A stretch of 64,000 nucleotides of DNA from a virus. Below are positions 38,973 through 47,545 of this stretch, in pieces; position 1 is the stretch's first letter; each line of letters opens with the position of its first letter. The position numbers were made by a program, and so were the translations under genes. The notes below the pieces were generated by a model. The model did no database searches. It was given only the letters and a program-made list of their open reading frames with translations, and was not told the DNA's origin. Location: the IMG/VR virus record IMGVR_UViG_3300008113_000108, positions 32,001 to 96,000 of that record. The stretch is one strand, 5' to 3'.

Positions 38973-41269
38973 GTAACGGTACTAAAGTTAAAAAACGTAA
39001 TGGTACTTTTGAATCTCTAGATCTAGATAAAATTCATAACATGGTTGAGTGTGCTTGCGGTGGTCTTGCAGGTGTGAGTGCCTCCCAGGTTGAAATCAAC
39101 TCTGGAATTCAATTCTATGATGGAATTACCACAGATGAAATCCAAGAAATCCTTGTTAGGTCAGCTAGTGATCTTATCAGCCTCGATAATCCAAATTATC
39201 AGTATGTTGCTGCTCGTCTCTTGCTTTTTGGTTTATATAAACAAGTCTTTGGAAATAACTGGAAAACTGGGTTCCCTTCAGTAGGATATCATCTTTACCA
39301 GGGCATCATGAAAGGTGTTTATGATAAAGAATTATCTTGTAAGTATACAGATGAAGAGTGGGACAAAATTAACTCTTGGATTGATCATGAAAGAGATTAT
39401 CTTTTTACCTATGCTGGTCTTCGTCAAGTAGTAGATAAGTATTTGGTTCAGGACAGGAGTTCAAAGCAGATCTATGAAACTCCTCAATACATGTATATGC
39501 TAATCTCTGCGACTATCTTTGCAGAGTATCCAAAAGAAACAAGACTAGATTATGTCAAACGATACTACAACGCAATCTCTAAGCACAGAATCAACATTCC
39601 AACGCCAATCATGGCAGGCGTTAGAACCCCTCTTCGTCAATTTGCTTCTTGTGTGCTTATTGATTCTGACGATTCTCTCAATTCTATCTTCAGCTCTGAC
39701 ATGGCTATTGGCCGTTATGTTGCACAGCGGGCTGGAATCGGTATCAACGCAGGCCGAATCAGGGGTATCAATAGCAAGATCCGTGGTGGAGAAGTTGCCC
39801 ATACAGGAGTTATTCCATTCCTCAAGAAATTTGAAGCGACGGTCAGGTGTTGCACTCAAAACGGCATACGTGGTGGTTCAGCTACAGTTCACTTCCCTAT
39901 TTGGCACAAAGAAATAGAAGATATTCTTGTTCTAAAGAATAACAAAGGAACGGAGGACAACCGTGTACGTAAACTCGATTATTCCATTCAAATCTCCAAG
40001 ATCTTCTATGAGAGGTTTATCCAAGGTAAAGAAATTTCGCTCTTCTCGCCCCACGACGTTCCAGGCTTGTATGATGCTTTTGGAACTGATAGTTTTGATC
40101 AACTATATGAGAGTTATGAACGAGATCAGTCTATTCAAAGAAAGACTATCAGTGCTCAAGAACTATTCCTCGATCTGCTTAAAGAACGTGCTGAGACTGG
40201 TCGGATTTACATCATGAATATTGACCACTGCAATTCTCATAGTTCCTTCCTAGACAAAGTAAATATGTCTAATCTCTGTCAGGAAATTACACTTCCTACA
40301 GTACCCATCAATCATATTGATGATCAGGCAGGCGAGATTGCACTTTGTATTCTTTCTGCAATCAATGTCGGAAAGCTAAACAACTTCTCCGAACTAGAAG
40401 AACTTTGTGATCTTTCAGTTCGTGCTCTTGATGAACTCATTGATTATCAGAACTATCCAGTTGAAGCTGCACGTATCTCCACCGAGTCACGACGCTCACT
40501 TGGAATCGGCTATATTGGTCTTGCTCACTTCCTTGCTCGTAATGGTGTCAAGTATGAAGATTCTCAGGCTTGGAAACTAGTTCATGATTTAACTGAAGCA
40601 TTCCAGTATTACTTACTCAAAGCATCAAATCAACTAGCTGTAGAGAAAGGTCCATGCGACTATTTTAATCGCACTAAGTATTCTCAAGGAATTCTTCCAA
40701 TTGATACTTACAAGAAAGACGTAGACGAACTCGTACCTAACGAATTAAACCATGATTGGGAAACACTTAGAACATCCATCTTGGCTAACGGTCTCAGGCA
40801 CTCAACACTGTCCGCACAAATGCCATCGGAAAGCAGTTCCGTTGTGTCAAATGAAACAAATGGAATCGAGCCACCTAGAGATTACTTGTCCGTTAAGAAA
40901 TCAAAGAAGGGACCTCTTAAGCAGATTGTCCCCAGCTATCAAACTCTCAAAAAGAATTATACACTTCTTTGGGAAATGCCTAGCAATATTGGTTATATCA
41001 ATATTGTTGCAGTTATGCAAAAATTCTTCGATCAAGCGATTTCTGGAAACTGGTCATATAACCCAGAGAATTATGCCGATAATGAAGTACCTGTTAGCGT
41101 AATGGCACAAGACCTTCTAACCACATACAAGTATGGCTGGAAGACATCATACTATCAGAATACATATGATAGCAAATCTGATTCTGATGTAGAAGAGAAA
41201 GGAGAAGCTCTATCTCAACTACTATCACAACTAGAATCTGATGAAGACTGCGAAAGCTGCAAAATCTAA
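38969..41269 (+). CDS. nrdA: ribonucleotide reductase class Ia alpha subunit
   Basis: ATP cone, PTPIMAGVRT, SNLCQEI, C-terminal CESC. Confidence 0.97.
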   Translation: MSNGTKVKKRNGTFESLDLDKIHNMVECACGGLAGVSASQVEINSGIQFYDGITTDEIQEILVRSASDLISLDNPNYQYVAARLLLFGLYKQVFGNNWKTGFPSVGYHLYQGIMKGVYDKELSCKYTDEEWDKINSWIDHERDYLFTYAGLRQVVDKYLVQDRSSKQIYETPQYMYMLISATIFAEYPKETRLDYVKRYYNAISKHRINIPTPIMAGVRTPLRQFASCVLIDSDDSLNSIFSSDMAIGRYVAQRAGIGINAGRIRGINSKIRGGEVAHTGVIPFLKKFEATVRCCTQNGIRGGSATVHFPIWHKEIEDILVLKNNKGTEDNRVRKLDYSIQISKIFYERFIQGKEISLFSPHDVPGLYDAFGTDSFDQLYESYERDQSIQRKTISAQELFLDLLKERAETGRIYIMNIDHCNSHSSFLDKVNMSNLCQEITLPTVPINHIDDQAGEIALCILSAINVGKLNNFSELEELCDLSVRALDELIDYQNYPVEAARISTESRRSLGIGYIGLAHFLARNGVKYEDSQAWKLVHDLTEAFQYYLLKASNQLAVEKGPCDYFNRTKYSQGILPIDTYKKDVDELVPNELNHDWETLRTSILANGLRHSTLSAQMPSESSSVVSNETNGIEPPRDYLSVKKSKKGPLKQIVPSYQTLKKNYTLLWEMPSNIGYINIVAVMQKFFDQAISGNWSYNPENYADNEVPVSVMAQDLLTTYKYGWKTSYYQNTYDSKSDSDVEEKGEALSQLLSQLESDEDCESCKI

Positions 41270-41280
41270 GGAGACCTTAC

Positions 41281-42444
41281 ATGGAATTTATTAAAAATAC
41301 AAAAAGTGAAATCAAGGGTATGACCGTATTTAATAGTAATCATGTAGATACTAAAAAGCAACCAATGTTTTTTGGTAAGCCACTTGGAGTTCAAAGGTAT
41401 GATAGCTACAAGTATCCTATCTTTGAAAAGCTAACTCAACAACAACTTGGATACTTCTGGAGACCCGAGGAGGTCTCCCTCCAGAAAGATCGTGCAGATT
41501 ATCAAACACTTCGTCCCGAACAAAAACATATCTTCACTTCTAACCTGAAGTATCAGATCATGCTTGATTCTGTTCAGGGTCGTGGTCCTGGTCTTGCATT
41601 CCTTCCATATTGTTCTCTTCCAGAACTAGAAGCTTGCATGACCATCTGGGAAACTATGGAGATGATTCATAGTCGCTCATATACCTACATCATCAAGAAT
41701 GTTTATTCTGATGTGACTGAAGTATTTGATACTATTCTAGATGATGAAAAGATTCTAGAACGTGCCACTAGTGTTACTCAAGCATACGATGAACTTATTC
41801 AGTGTGCTCATCAATGGGATTCGGGAAATCTCTGGAGTCTAGGAGATCATACTACTGCAAATATTGAACTCAAAGAACTAAAGCGAAAGCTTTATCGTGC
41901 AATCATGAATGTAAACATTCTTGAAGGTATTCGTTTCTATGTTTCATTTGCCTGCAGCTTTGCATTCGGTGAACTAAAACTCATGGAAGGATCTGCAAAA
42001 ATCATTTCTCTAATTGCCCGTGATGAATCACAGCATCTTGTAATTACTCAAAACATCATCAAGAATTGGAAGAATGGTGATGATCCTCAGATGCTAGAAA
42101 TCATTGCTGAAGAAGAGAATAATGTACGAGACATGTATCTTCGTGCAGTAAATGAAGAGAAAGCATGGGCAGAATATCTGTTCAAGGACGGTTCTATGAT
42201 TGGTCTAAATGCTAAACTTCTCTCTTCCTATGTTGAGTATATTGCCAACCGTAGAATGAAGGCAATCGGAATCAAACCAATGTTTGATATCTCTATGTCA
42301 AACAATCCACTTCCCTGGACTGAGCATTGGCTAAATTCCAAGATGATGCAGAATGCTCCACAAGAAACTGAAATCGAAAGTTATGTAATTGGTGGCATTA
42401 AGCAGGATATGAAGAAAGATACTTTCTCTGGATTTAAACTGTGA
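41281..42444 (+). CDS. nrdB: ribonucleotide reductase beta subunit
   Basis: FWRPEEV, E.IHSRSY, LEGIRFYVSF, RDESQH, APQETE. Confidence 0.97.
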   Translation: MEFIKNTKSEIKGMTVFNSNHVDTKKQPMFFGKPLGVQRYDSYKYPIFEKLTQQQLGYFWRPEEVSLQKDRADYQTLRPEQKHIFTSNLKYQIMLDSVQGRGPGLAFLPYCSLPELEACMTIWETMEMIHSRSYTYIIKNVYSDVTEVFDTILDDEKILERATSVTQAYDELIQCAHQWDSGNLWSLGDHTTANIELKELKRKLYRAIMNVNILEGIRFYVSFACSFAFGELKLMEGSAKIISLIARDESQHLVITQNIIKNWKNGDDPQMLEIIAEEENNVRDMYLRAVNEEKAWAEYLFKDGSMIGLNAKLLSSYVEYIANRRMKAIGIKPMFDISMSNNPLPWTEHWLNSKMMQNAPQETEIESYVIGGIKQDMKKDTFSGFKL

Positions 42445-42497
42445 TTAATACTGGAGTTTTATAAATAATATTATAAAATAACATTTATAAAACTCCA

Positions 42498-43451
42498 ATG
42501 ACAGAAACTCAAAGACTTTACGAATCATACTTTGCAGTATACAATGATGATCTCAGAGAGACTCTTTCTGAGGAAGCAGATCTATTTGAAGACGTAGATT
42601 ATCTTTATGATGATGAGCTAGAAGAGATTGTTGACGAAACAATCGAGTCTATGATCGAAGAAGGTTATGATCTAGATGAGATTGAAGAAGCATTTGAAGA
42701 CATTCTTGCAGAAGCTACAGTAACTACTGGTCGTGGTGGTTATACAAAACTTAGCTCAGACAAGCGTTCAGCACCAGTAACAACTGGTCAAGGAACTGCA
42801 ATGCGTCAGGCTGCTAGAAAGAAAGCTGTAGTATCTGCTGCTCGCCAGAGACAAGCTCAGGCAGTAAAGGATGCTCCAGGTAAAGCTGCAGGTAGAGTAA
42901 AGGCTGCGGTACAAAGTGGTGTAGCAAAAGCTAGAAAGGCAGTAGACACTGCTGCTGGCGATTATGCTGCTAAGCATAAACTAGTATCTGGCAAGAAGGG
43001 TCAAGCACTAAACAGAAGTGCTATCGGAATGAAGCAAGCTTCAAAAGATCCTTCTGGTCGTAGAGATATTCGTTCAAAGGTTGTTGGCCATCTTGCACAG
43101 AGAGCGGCTAACAAACTTCAGCGTGGAGTTGAAAAAGCAAAGGGTGCAGTTAAGTCTGCTGGTCAAGCTGCAGTAGCAAAAACTAAGTCTTCTAGCGATG
43201 CTGCTCAGGCTAAGATGCAAGCAGCAGGTTCTGCTGCGAAGAAGTCTGGTAAGAGCCTAGTCGGAAGAGTAGCTAGAAAGGTAGCTTCAGGTGCTGGTAA
43301 GCTTGCATCCAGACTTGGAGAAGAAGTAGATGTATACGATGTAGTTCTAGAGCATCTTCTAGAGGAAGGCTATGCCGAGACTCCAGAAGCAGCTCAGGCA
43401 ATCATGGTTAATATGTCAGAAGCTTGGATCTCAGAGATCCTAGAAGGCTGA
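42498..43451 (+). CDS. acidic-basic-acidic late protein, candidate internal DNA-binding protein
   Basis: Acidic N- and C-terminal domains around an Ala/Lys/Arg-rich core; ILAE and RLGEE junctions. Confidence 0.8.
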   Translation: MTETQRLYESYFAVYNDDLRETLSEEADLFEDVDYLYDDELEEIVDETIESMIEEGYDLDEIEEAFEDILAEATVTTGRGGYTKLSSDKRSAPVTTGQGTAMRQAARKKAVVSAARQRQAQAVKDAPGKAAGRVKAAVQSGVAKARKAVDTAAGDYAAKHKLVSGKKGQALNRSAIGMKQASKDPSGRRDIRSKVVGHLAQRAANKLQRGVEKAKGAVKSAGQAAVAKTKSSSDAAQAKMQAAGSAAKKSGKSLVGRVARKVASGAGKLASRLGEEVDVYDVVLEHLLEEGYAETPEAAQAIMVNMSEAWISEILEG

Positions 43452-43470
43452 TTTAAACCTCAAATTTCTC

Positions 43471-43498
43471 AAGAGACCCTATAGGGGTCTCTTTTTTT
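43471..43498 (+). terminator. intrinsic terminator
   Basis: AAGAGACCC...GGGTCTCTT followed by a T run. Confidence 0.85.
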
Positions 43499-43573
43499 AT
43501 GGCTGAGATCCCCAGTAAAAACGGCTGAAAAAACCCTGTTTTCTGCCTTATTAAGGGTTTTCTGGATGAGGGC

Positions 43574-43621
43574 TTGACAAGACTCCCAAAAGCATGTATA
43601 ATAACTCTGTCAGGGTTCAGA
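43574..43621 (+). promoter_or_regulatory. sigma70-type promoter with conserved leader (copy 2)
   Basis: TTGACA-17-TATAAT-AACTCTGTCAGGGTTCAGA, identical to the minus-strand copy at 14033-14059. Confidence 0.85.
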
Positions 43622-43651
43622 TAAATATTTTGAGTTATTATAGAATATATA

Positions 43652-43999
43652 ATGAAACCTCAGAGTGCTAAGGCTAAAGGTAGGAATTTACAGAAGTGGG
43701 TTAGAGATCAACTCATAGAACAACTAGAAATACATCCTGAAGATATTGAATCTAGATCTATGGGTGCTGGTGGAGAAGATTTGATTATGGCTAGAGCAGC
43801 CAGAAGTAAATTTCCCTTTTCTATAGAATGTAAAAATGTTGAAAAGTTAAATGTCTGGGAAGCATATGAGCAAGCTAAAGCAAACTGTGGAGATTATGAA
43901 CCTATTGTGGTCATGAAAAAGAATCACAAGAAACCATTGGTAGTAGTAGACGCAGAGTACTTTATTAAACTATTCGGAGAGAAAAATGGCCAAGATTGA
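43652..43999 (+). CDS. PD-(D/E)XK nuclease, Holliday junction resolvase-like
   Basis: KAKGR..Q, G.D, FSIECKN. Confidence 0.75.
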   Translation: MKPQSAKAKGRNLQKWVRDQLIEQLEIHPEDIESRSMGAGGEDLIMARAARSKFPFSIECKNVEKLNVWEAYEQAKANCGDYEPIVVMKKNHKKPLVVVDAEYFIKLFGEKNGQD

Positions 44000-44687
44000 T
44001 CTACATAACTTCTTCAAACATTTTGACGAAAAGAATCCAAAGCATGTTGCTGCGGTAGCACAGTTTGAAGAAGTATTATTAAAAAAAGTCCCAGAAGAAA
44101 TGGATGATGTTTCTACATGGGTTAAAACATTTAGAAGTAAACCAGAAAAAAAGGCACTAAATATTCTGGATAATTTTCCATGGTTCCCTCAAACAGATAA
44201 TTACAGAGATGCTAACCGTACTTGTAACAGTTCTAGTTGTGCTATGTGTCTTGAGTATTTTAAACCAGGCACGTTAAAAGGACCAAAAGGAGACGATGCT
44301 TATGTTCAGAAAGTCTTCTCAATCGGAGATACCACAGATCACTTGGTACAAACAAGGGTTCTTGCTTCTTATGGAATTAAGTCGAGTTTCAGCTATTCCC
44401 TTTCTTTTGCTGATCTTGATCGAGAGCTTGCCGCTGGTAGACCTGTTGTTATTGGTATTCTTCATAGGGGCACTCTATCTGCTCCCACGGGAGGACACAT
44501 GGTAGTTGTGATTGGCCGCACACCTGCTGGAGATTACATCGTAAATGACCCCTACGGTAGCCTCAACGACGGCTATACTGGTCCAGTGACCAATGGTAAA
44601 GGAGCAGTCTATCGACGATCTGATCTAGCTCGTAGATGGTGTCCAGGTGGCAAGGATGGCTGGGGTAGGGTTTTCCAGGCACCATAA
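43986..44687 (+). CDS. C39-like peptidase (putative endolysin)
   Basis: PWFPQTDN...RTCNSSSCAM, GGHMVVV, VNDPYG catalytic triad pattern. Confidence 0.8.
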   Translation: MAKIDLHNFFKHFDEKNPKHVAAVAQFEEVLLKKVPEEMDDVSTWVKTFRSKPEKKALNILDNFPWFPQTDNYRDANRTCNSSSCAMCLEYFKPGTLKGPKGDDAYVQKVFSIGDTTDHLVQTRVLASYGIKSSFSYSLSFADLDRELAAGRPVVIGILHRGTLSAPTGGHMVVVIGRTPAGDYIVNDPYGSLNDGYTGPVTNGKGAVYRRSDLARRWCPGGKDGWGRVFQAP

Positions 44688-44710
44688 GTTTTATAAATAT
44701 CCCAAACACC

Positions 44711-44739
44711 TTGACAACCAAATAGAAGTGTGTTAAGAT
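44711..44739 (+). promoter_or_regulatory. early promoter for the sRNA-tRNA-Tyr transcript
   Basis: TTGACA-17-TAAGAT with extended TG. Confidence 0.8.
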
Positions 44740-44745
44740 TGTTTT

Positions 44746-44852
44746 AAGTCTGAATCCAGTAAACCTTTTGGCATCTCCGCCACGAGTCCTGCTGGAAATA
44801 TGTTACTCGCTATGCAGATAGCATAGAAGGAGGCATTACTGGTTTCAGGCTT
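44746..44852 (+). ncRNA. unassigned ~107-nt structured RNA
   Basis: 17-bp terminal stem starting at the predicted +1 and enclosing three hairpins. Confidence 0.6.
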
Positions 44853-44855
44853 ATC

Positions 44856-44938
44856 GGGTAGGTGTCCGAGTGGTTTAAGGAACCTGACTGTAAATCAGGC
44901 GGCTCTGTCCAACGCTGGTTCAAATCCAGCCCTGCCCA
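44856..44938 (+). tRNA. tRNA-Tyr(GTA)
   Basis: Cloverleaf, CCTGA-CTGTAAA-TCAGG, long variable arm, GGTTCAAATCC. Confidence 0.93.
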
Positions 44939-45059
44939 TTGACAACACCAATTTATATTATAAGCGATTGAGTTGTTGTCATTTTGTGCCCAGGAGATTG
45001 CCTCTTGAAAAAGAGGTGTACCCCTTTCTCTATTGGGATGTAGAGTTCTATTCAAATTA

Positions 45060-45422
45060 ATGCGTTTTATTTCAACACTTCTTATCGCTTCAACACTTCT
45101 TGGATTTACGCCCCAAAAAGCTGAAGCAGCCAGCGGATGTTCAATGGCTTCTCATTATGGTGTCGGTGATGGATATCACGGTCAAACCACCGCTAACGGT
45201 GAAAGATACAATGCATATGGTAAATCAGTAGCACATAAATGGCTTCCATTTGGTACTAGATTACGAGTGACAAATCAACGAAATGGAAAATCAGTTATTG
45301 TGCGAGTGAATGATAGAGGTCCATATGTCGGAGGACGAGACCTCGATCTGTCCTACGGGGCATTCTCTTCAATTGCACACCCAGGACAGGGAGTGGCGAG
45401 TGTCTGTTACTCTAGAGTTTAA
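45060..45422 (+). CDS. rlpA: RlpA-like (DPBB) lytic transglycosylase with signal peptide
   Basis: ASHYG, TANGE, AHKWLPFGT, VRVNDRGPY, DLSYGAF. Confidence 0.9.
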   Translation: MRFISTLLIASTLLGFTPQKAEAASGCSMASHYGVGDGYHGQTTANGERYNAYGKSVAHKWLPFGTRLRVTNQRNGKSVIVRVNDRGPYVGGRDLDLSYGAFSSIAHPGQGVASVCYSRV

Positions 45423-45459
45423 CAGATAAATATAGGGGAGACTTGATCTCCCCTTCCTC

Positions 45460-45858
45460 ATGAATAAGAAGCAGGTAATAAATTTTGCAATCATTGGTGT
45501 AATACTTACATCATCAGTAGGTGTACTTACAAAATGTACAGGGATTGATGAGATACATTGGTATGACCTGATTGACGAAATTCAAAGAAAGTATTTTCCA
45601 AACAGTCAATTAAACGACTATATAATAAAGGATCCAGCACTCCTTGACCGTCGTGTTAAGAGAGATGTCGATAAAGCGATCAGTGATTATGAACGCTTGA
45701 CAGGAGATGATGGACGTGTTAGACTTCCATCACCACGATACTCAGAAAAGCCCATAGATAGTTCTGTGTGCTATACTGATGAGTGTCGAGCACTAGGAGG
45801 AGAAATCCGACTTTGCTCTCCATGGGTTCCAGACTGCCCCTTGACAAACCGAGAATAG
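45460..45858 (+). CDS. membrane-anchored hypothetical protein with Cys-rich C-terminus
   Basis: N-terminal hydrophobic helix; CYTDEC...CSPWVPDC; late promoter. Confidence 0.7.
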   Translation: MNKKQVINFAIIGVILTSSVGVLTKCTGIDEIHWYDLIDEIQRKYFPNSQLNDYIIKDPALLDRRVKRDVDKAISDYERLTGDDGRVRLPSPRYSEKPIDSSVCYTDECRALGGEIRLCSPWVPDCPLTNRE

Positions 45859-45869
45859 TCTGGTACAAT
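45841..45869 (+). promoter_or_regulatory. early promoter for tRNA-Arg
   Basis: TTGACA-17-TACAAT with extended TG. Confidence 0.8.
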
Positions 45870-45881
45870 TAACTGGCAAAT

Positions 45882-45955
45882 GACTCAGTAGCTCAGTTGG
45901 ATAGAGCATCTGCCTTCTAAGCAGTTGGTCGGGGGTTCAAGTCCCTCCTGAGTCG
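45882..45955 (+). tRNA. tRNA-Arg(TCT)
   Basis: GACTCAG/CTGAGTC acceptor, CTGC-CTTCTAA-GCAG. Confidence 0.93.
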
Positions 45956-45984
45956 TGACAACTGAATATTTAAGGTATGCACCA

Positions 45985-46239
45985 ATGTACAAAATTAGAT
46001 GCAAAGATTGCAACATGGAGTTGCATGTAACTCAACCAAATCGTGGTCAATCATGTAAGTGTCCCAATAGAGCTTACATACGACTTGACAATAACGGATT
46101 ACCTGTTATAGTAGCTGATGACATGACCAGAATTGAAATGGTAAGTGGATTTACAAAACCAAAAGAGAAACAAAAGTCTGTTGAACATTTTGATGTTCCC
46201 AAGAGACGAATACGCAGACTAGATTACGAAGTTCGTTAA
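45985..46239 (+). CDS. small zinc-binding hypothetical protein
   Basis: CKDC...CKCPN; RR.DYEVR C-terminus. Confidence 0.7.
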   Translation: MYKIRCKDCNMELHVTQPNRGQSCKCPNRAYIRLDNNGLPVIVADDMTRIEMVSGFTKPKEKQKSVEHFDVPKRRIRRLDYEVR

Positions 46240-46248
46240 TTTAGTCTA

Positions 46249-46320
46249 GGGAGTATAGCTTAATGGTTAGAGCGGGCTCCTTATAAGGGCTTAGTCTGGG
46301 TTCAACTCCCAGTATTCCCA
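46249..46320 (+). tRNA. tRNA-Ile(TAT)
   Basis: Cloverleaf, GGCTC-CTTATAA-GGGCT. Confidence 0.85.
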
Positions 46321-46343
46321 TTAGGAATCGACGGGTTCCTAAA

Positions 46344-46525
46344 GAATGTGGCAGAACAATCCTTGTGGTTACTCACGGGATAATGCAATAGGTTAGGGGT
46401 GGTGCCCGCTGTATCGTTGAGAAATCAAAGGTATAGAACTTCCGACCAAGAAGAATCTAGGTTCCTGGAAATACGGTTGTCAGTGTAACCATCCAGGTTG
46501 TGGGTATGACAGATTCCCACCATTC
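46344..46525 (+). ncRNA. manA-like RNA motif
   Basis: Recalled manA-like blocks GCAATAG..GGGGTGGTGCCCGCTG..GAACT..ACCAAG..GTTGTGGGTA..TTCCCACC; terminal GAATG/CATTC pairing; located among tRNAs. Confidence 0.6.
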
Positions 46526-46654
46526 ACCCAAAACATTCATCATCAGAGGTTGCCAGTTTGCAGATGATGTCTCAGTAATAACTGGAATTGGGAAGAATAA
46601 TGAAGCCGCTTGATTTTAAATCAAGATTAAACATGCATCTTATTCTTCCATCAA

Positions 46655-46730
46655 GGTCTCATCGTCTAACTGGTCAGGACGACGCCCTTTCAAGGCGTAA
46701 ATTCGGGTTCAATCCCCGATGAGACTACCA
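46655..46730 (+). tRNA. tRNA-Glu(TTC), CCA encoded
   Basis: ACGCC-CTTTCAA-GGCGT; ends ACCA. Confidence 0.92.
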
Positions 46731-46804
46731 CGGGCATTAGCTCAGTTTGGTAGAGCGCCGTCTTTGGGAGGCGGATGCCGAAGGTTCAAATCCTTCATGC
46801 CCGA
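46731..46804 (+). tRNA. tRNA-Pro(TGG)
   Basis: CGGGCAT/ATGCCCG acceptor, CCGTC-TTTGGGA-GGCGG. Confidence 0.93.
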
Positions 46805-46905
46805 CTTACCGTTACCAGAACTTTTTCTGACGGTATATCGTAGATGAACTGCAAAGTCAGTATACGGATAGAGGTTAGGTCCCTGGTTTCACACCTAATC
46901 CATCT

Positions 46906-46978
46906 GGGGGATTAGCTCAATTGGTAGAGCAGCGCCTTTGCAAGGCGAAGGTTAGGAGTTCAAATCTCCTATTCTCCA
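46906..46978 (+). tRNA. tRNA-Ala(TGC)
   Basis: G3-U70 pair, CGCC-TTTGCAA-GGCG. Confidence 0.93.
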
Positions 46979-46998
46979 TTCCCACTATATTATTTTTT

Positions 46999-47243
46999 AT
47001 GGGAGACTCAGTTAAGTATCAAATTGAAAAGGCTGAACATGCACTTCGTTCTGCACTTGAACTAGGTGCAATGCATGAAGATCCTTATACTCTTCAGCTT
47101 TACAAAAGCTAGGTTACATTATTATCATGGGTAAAACTCAACATGTAGTAGAAGACTTTAACGTAGAAGGTGGAATTCCTTTTGCCACAAATTATCCTAA
47201 TGTTGAGGAAGTTAATTCTCCAGACATTAATCTAATTACCTAA
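46999..47243 (+). pseudogene. hypothetical gene with frame break (or two short ORFs)
   Basis: MGDSVKYQIEKAE...DPYTLQ stops at 47112; another frame ALQKLGYIIIMGKTQ...LIT runs to 47243. Confidence 0.5.
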
Positions 47244-47297
47244 ATATCATCAATACCTCTCAAGCCTATCTAAAGAAGCTCAAACAGAGAGGTCACT

Positions 47298-47368
47298 GCG
47301 AATGTGGTGTAGCGGTAACATCCCATCCTTCCAAGTTGGTGTCACGGGTTCGATCCCCGTCATTCGCT
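47298..47368 (+). tRNA. tRNA-Gly(TCC)
   Basis: GCGAATG/CATTCGC acceptor, loop CTTCCAA. Confidence 0.92.
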
Positions 47369-47389
47369 TCCTCAATCCTTGAGGTTATT

Positions 47390-47545
47390 ATGTCACTTAT
47401 TTCACAAAAAGATAGGGATCTTGCTATTGAAGCATTAGACTTCTATCTCTTCAATAAAAAATTTGATTTTACTGAAGAAAAAAGAATGGAAGTTAATGCT
47501 CTCATTAACTGGATTAAACTAGAAAAAACTAAACATGAAAATTAA
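47390..47545 (+). CDS. hypothetical protein
   Basis: MSLISQKDRDLAIEALD; SD GAGG. Confidence 0.7.
   Translation: MSLISQKDRDLAIEALDFYLFNKKFDFTEEKRMEVNALINWIKLEKTKHEN

Noticed and set aside
25866-42444. Introns or inteins in gp43, gp41, nrdA, nrdB
   Set aside because: ORFs are continuous, of ordinary length, with no splicing motifs
514-42977. Many minus-strand and alternate-frame ORFs of 60-125 aa inside core genes
   Set aside because: Shadow ORFs of codon-biased genes; no SD, promoter or recognisable motifs
44939-44981. TTGACA after tRNA-Tyr as a promoter
   Set aside because: No -10 at 16-18 bp; better explained as one arm of a trailer hairpin GACAAC/GTTGTC
44810-45055. Minus ORF 81 aa, plus the extended starts at 46921, 47336 and 48572
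   Set aside because: They overlap tRNA genes; the real starts lie downstream of the tRNAs
46321-46343. Theta/HDV-like ribozyme directly after a tRNA
   Set aside because: Only simple trailer hairpins (TTAGGAA/TTCCTAA here, TTACTAC/GTAGTAA at 47778); no nested double pseudoknot found
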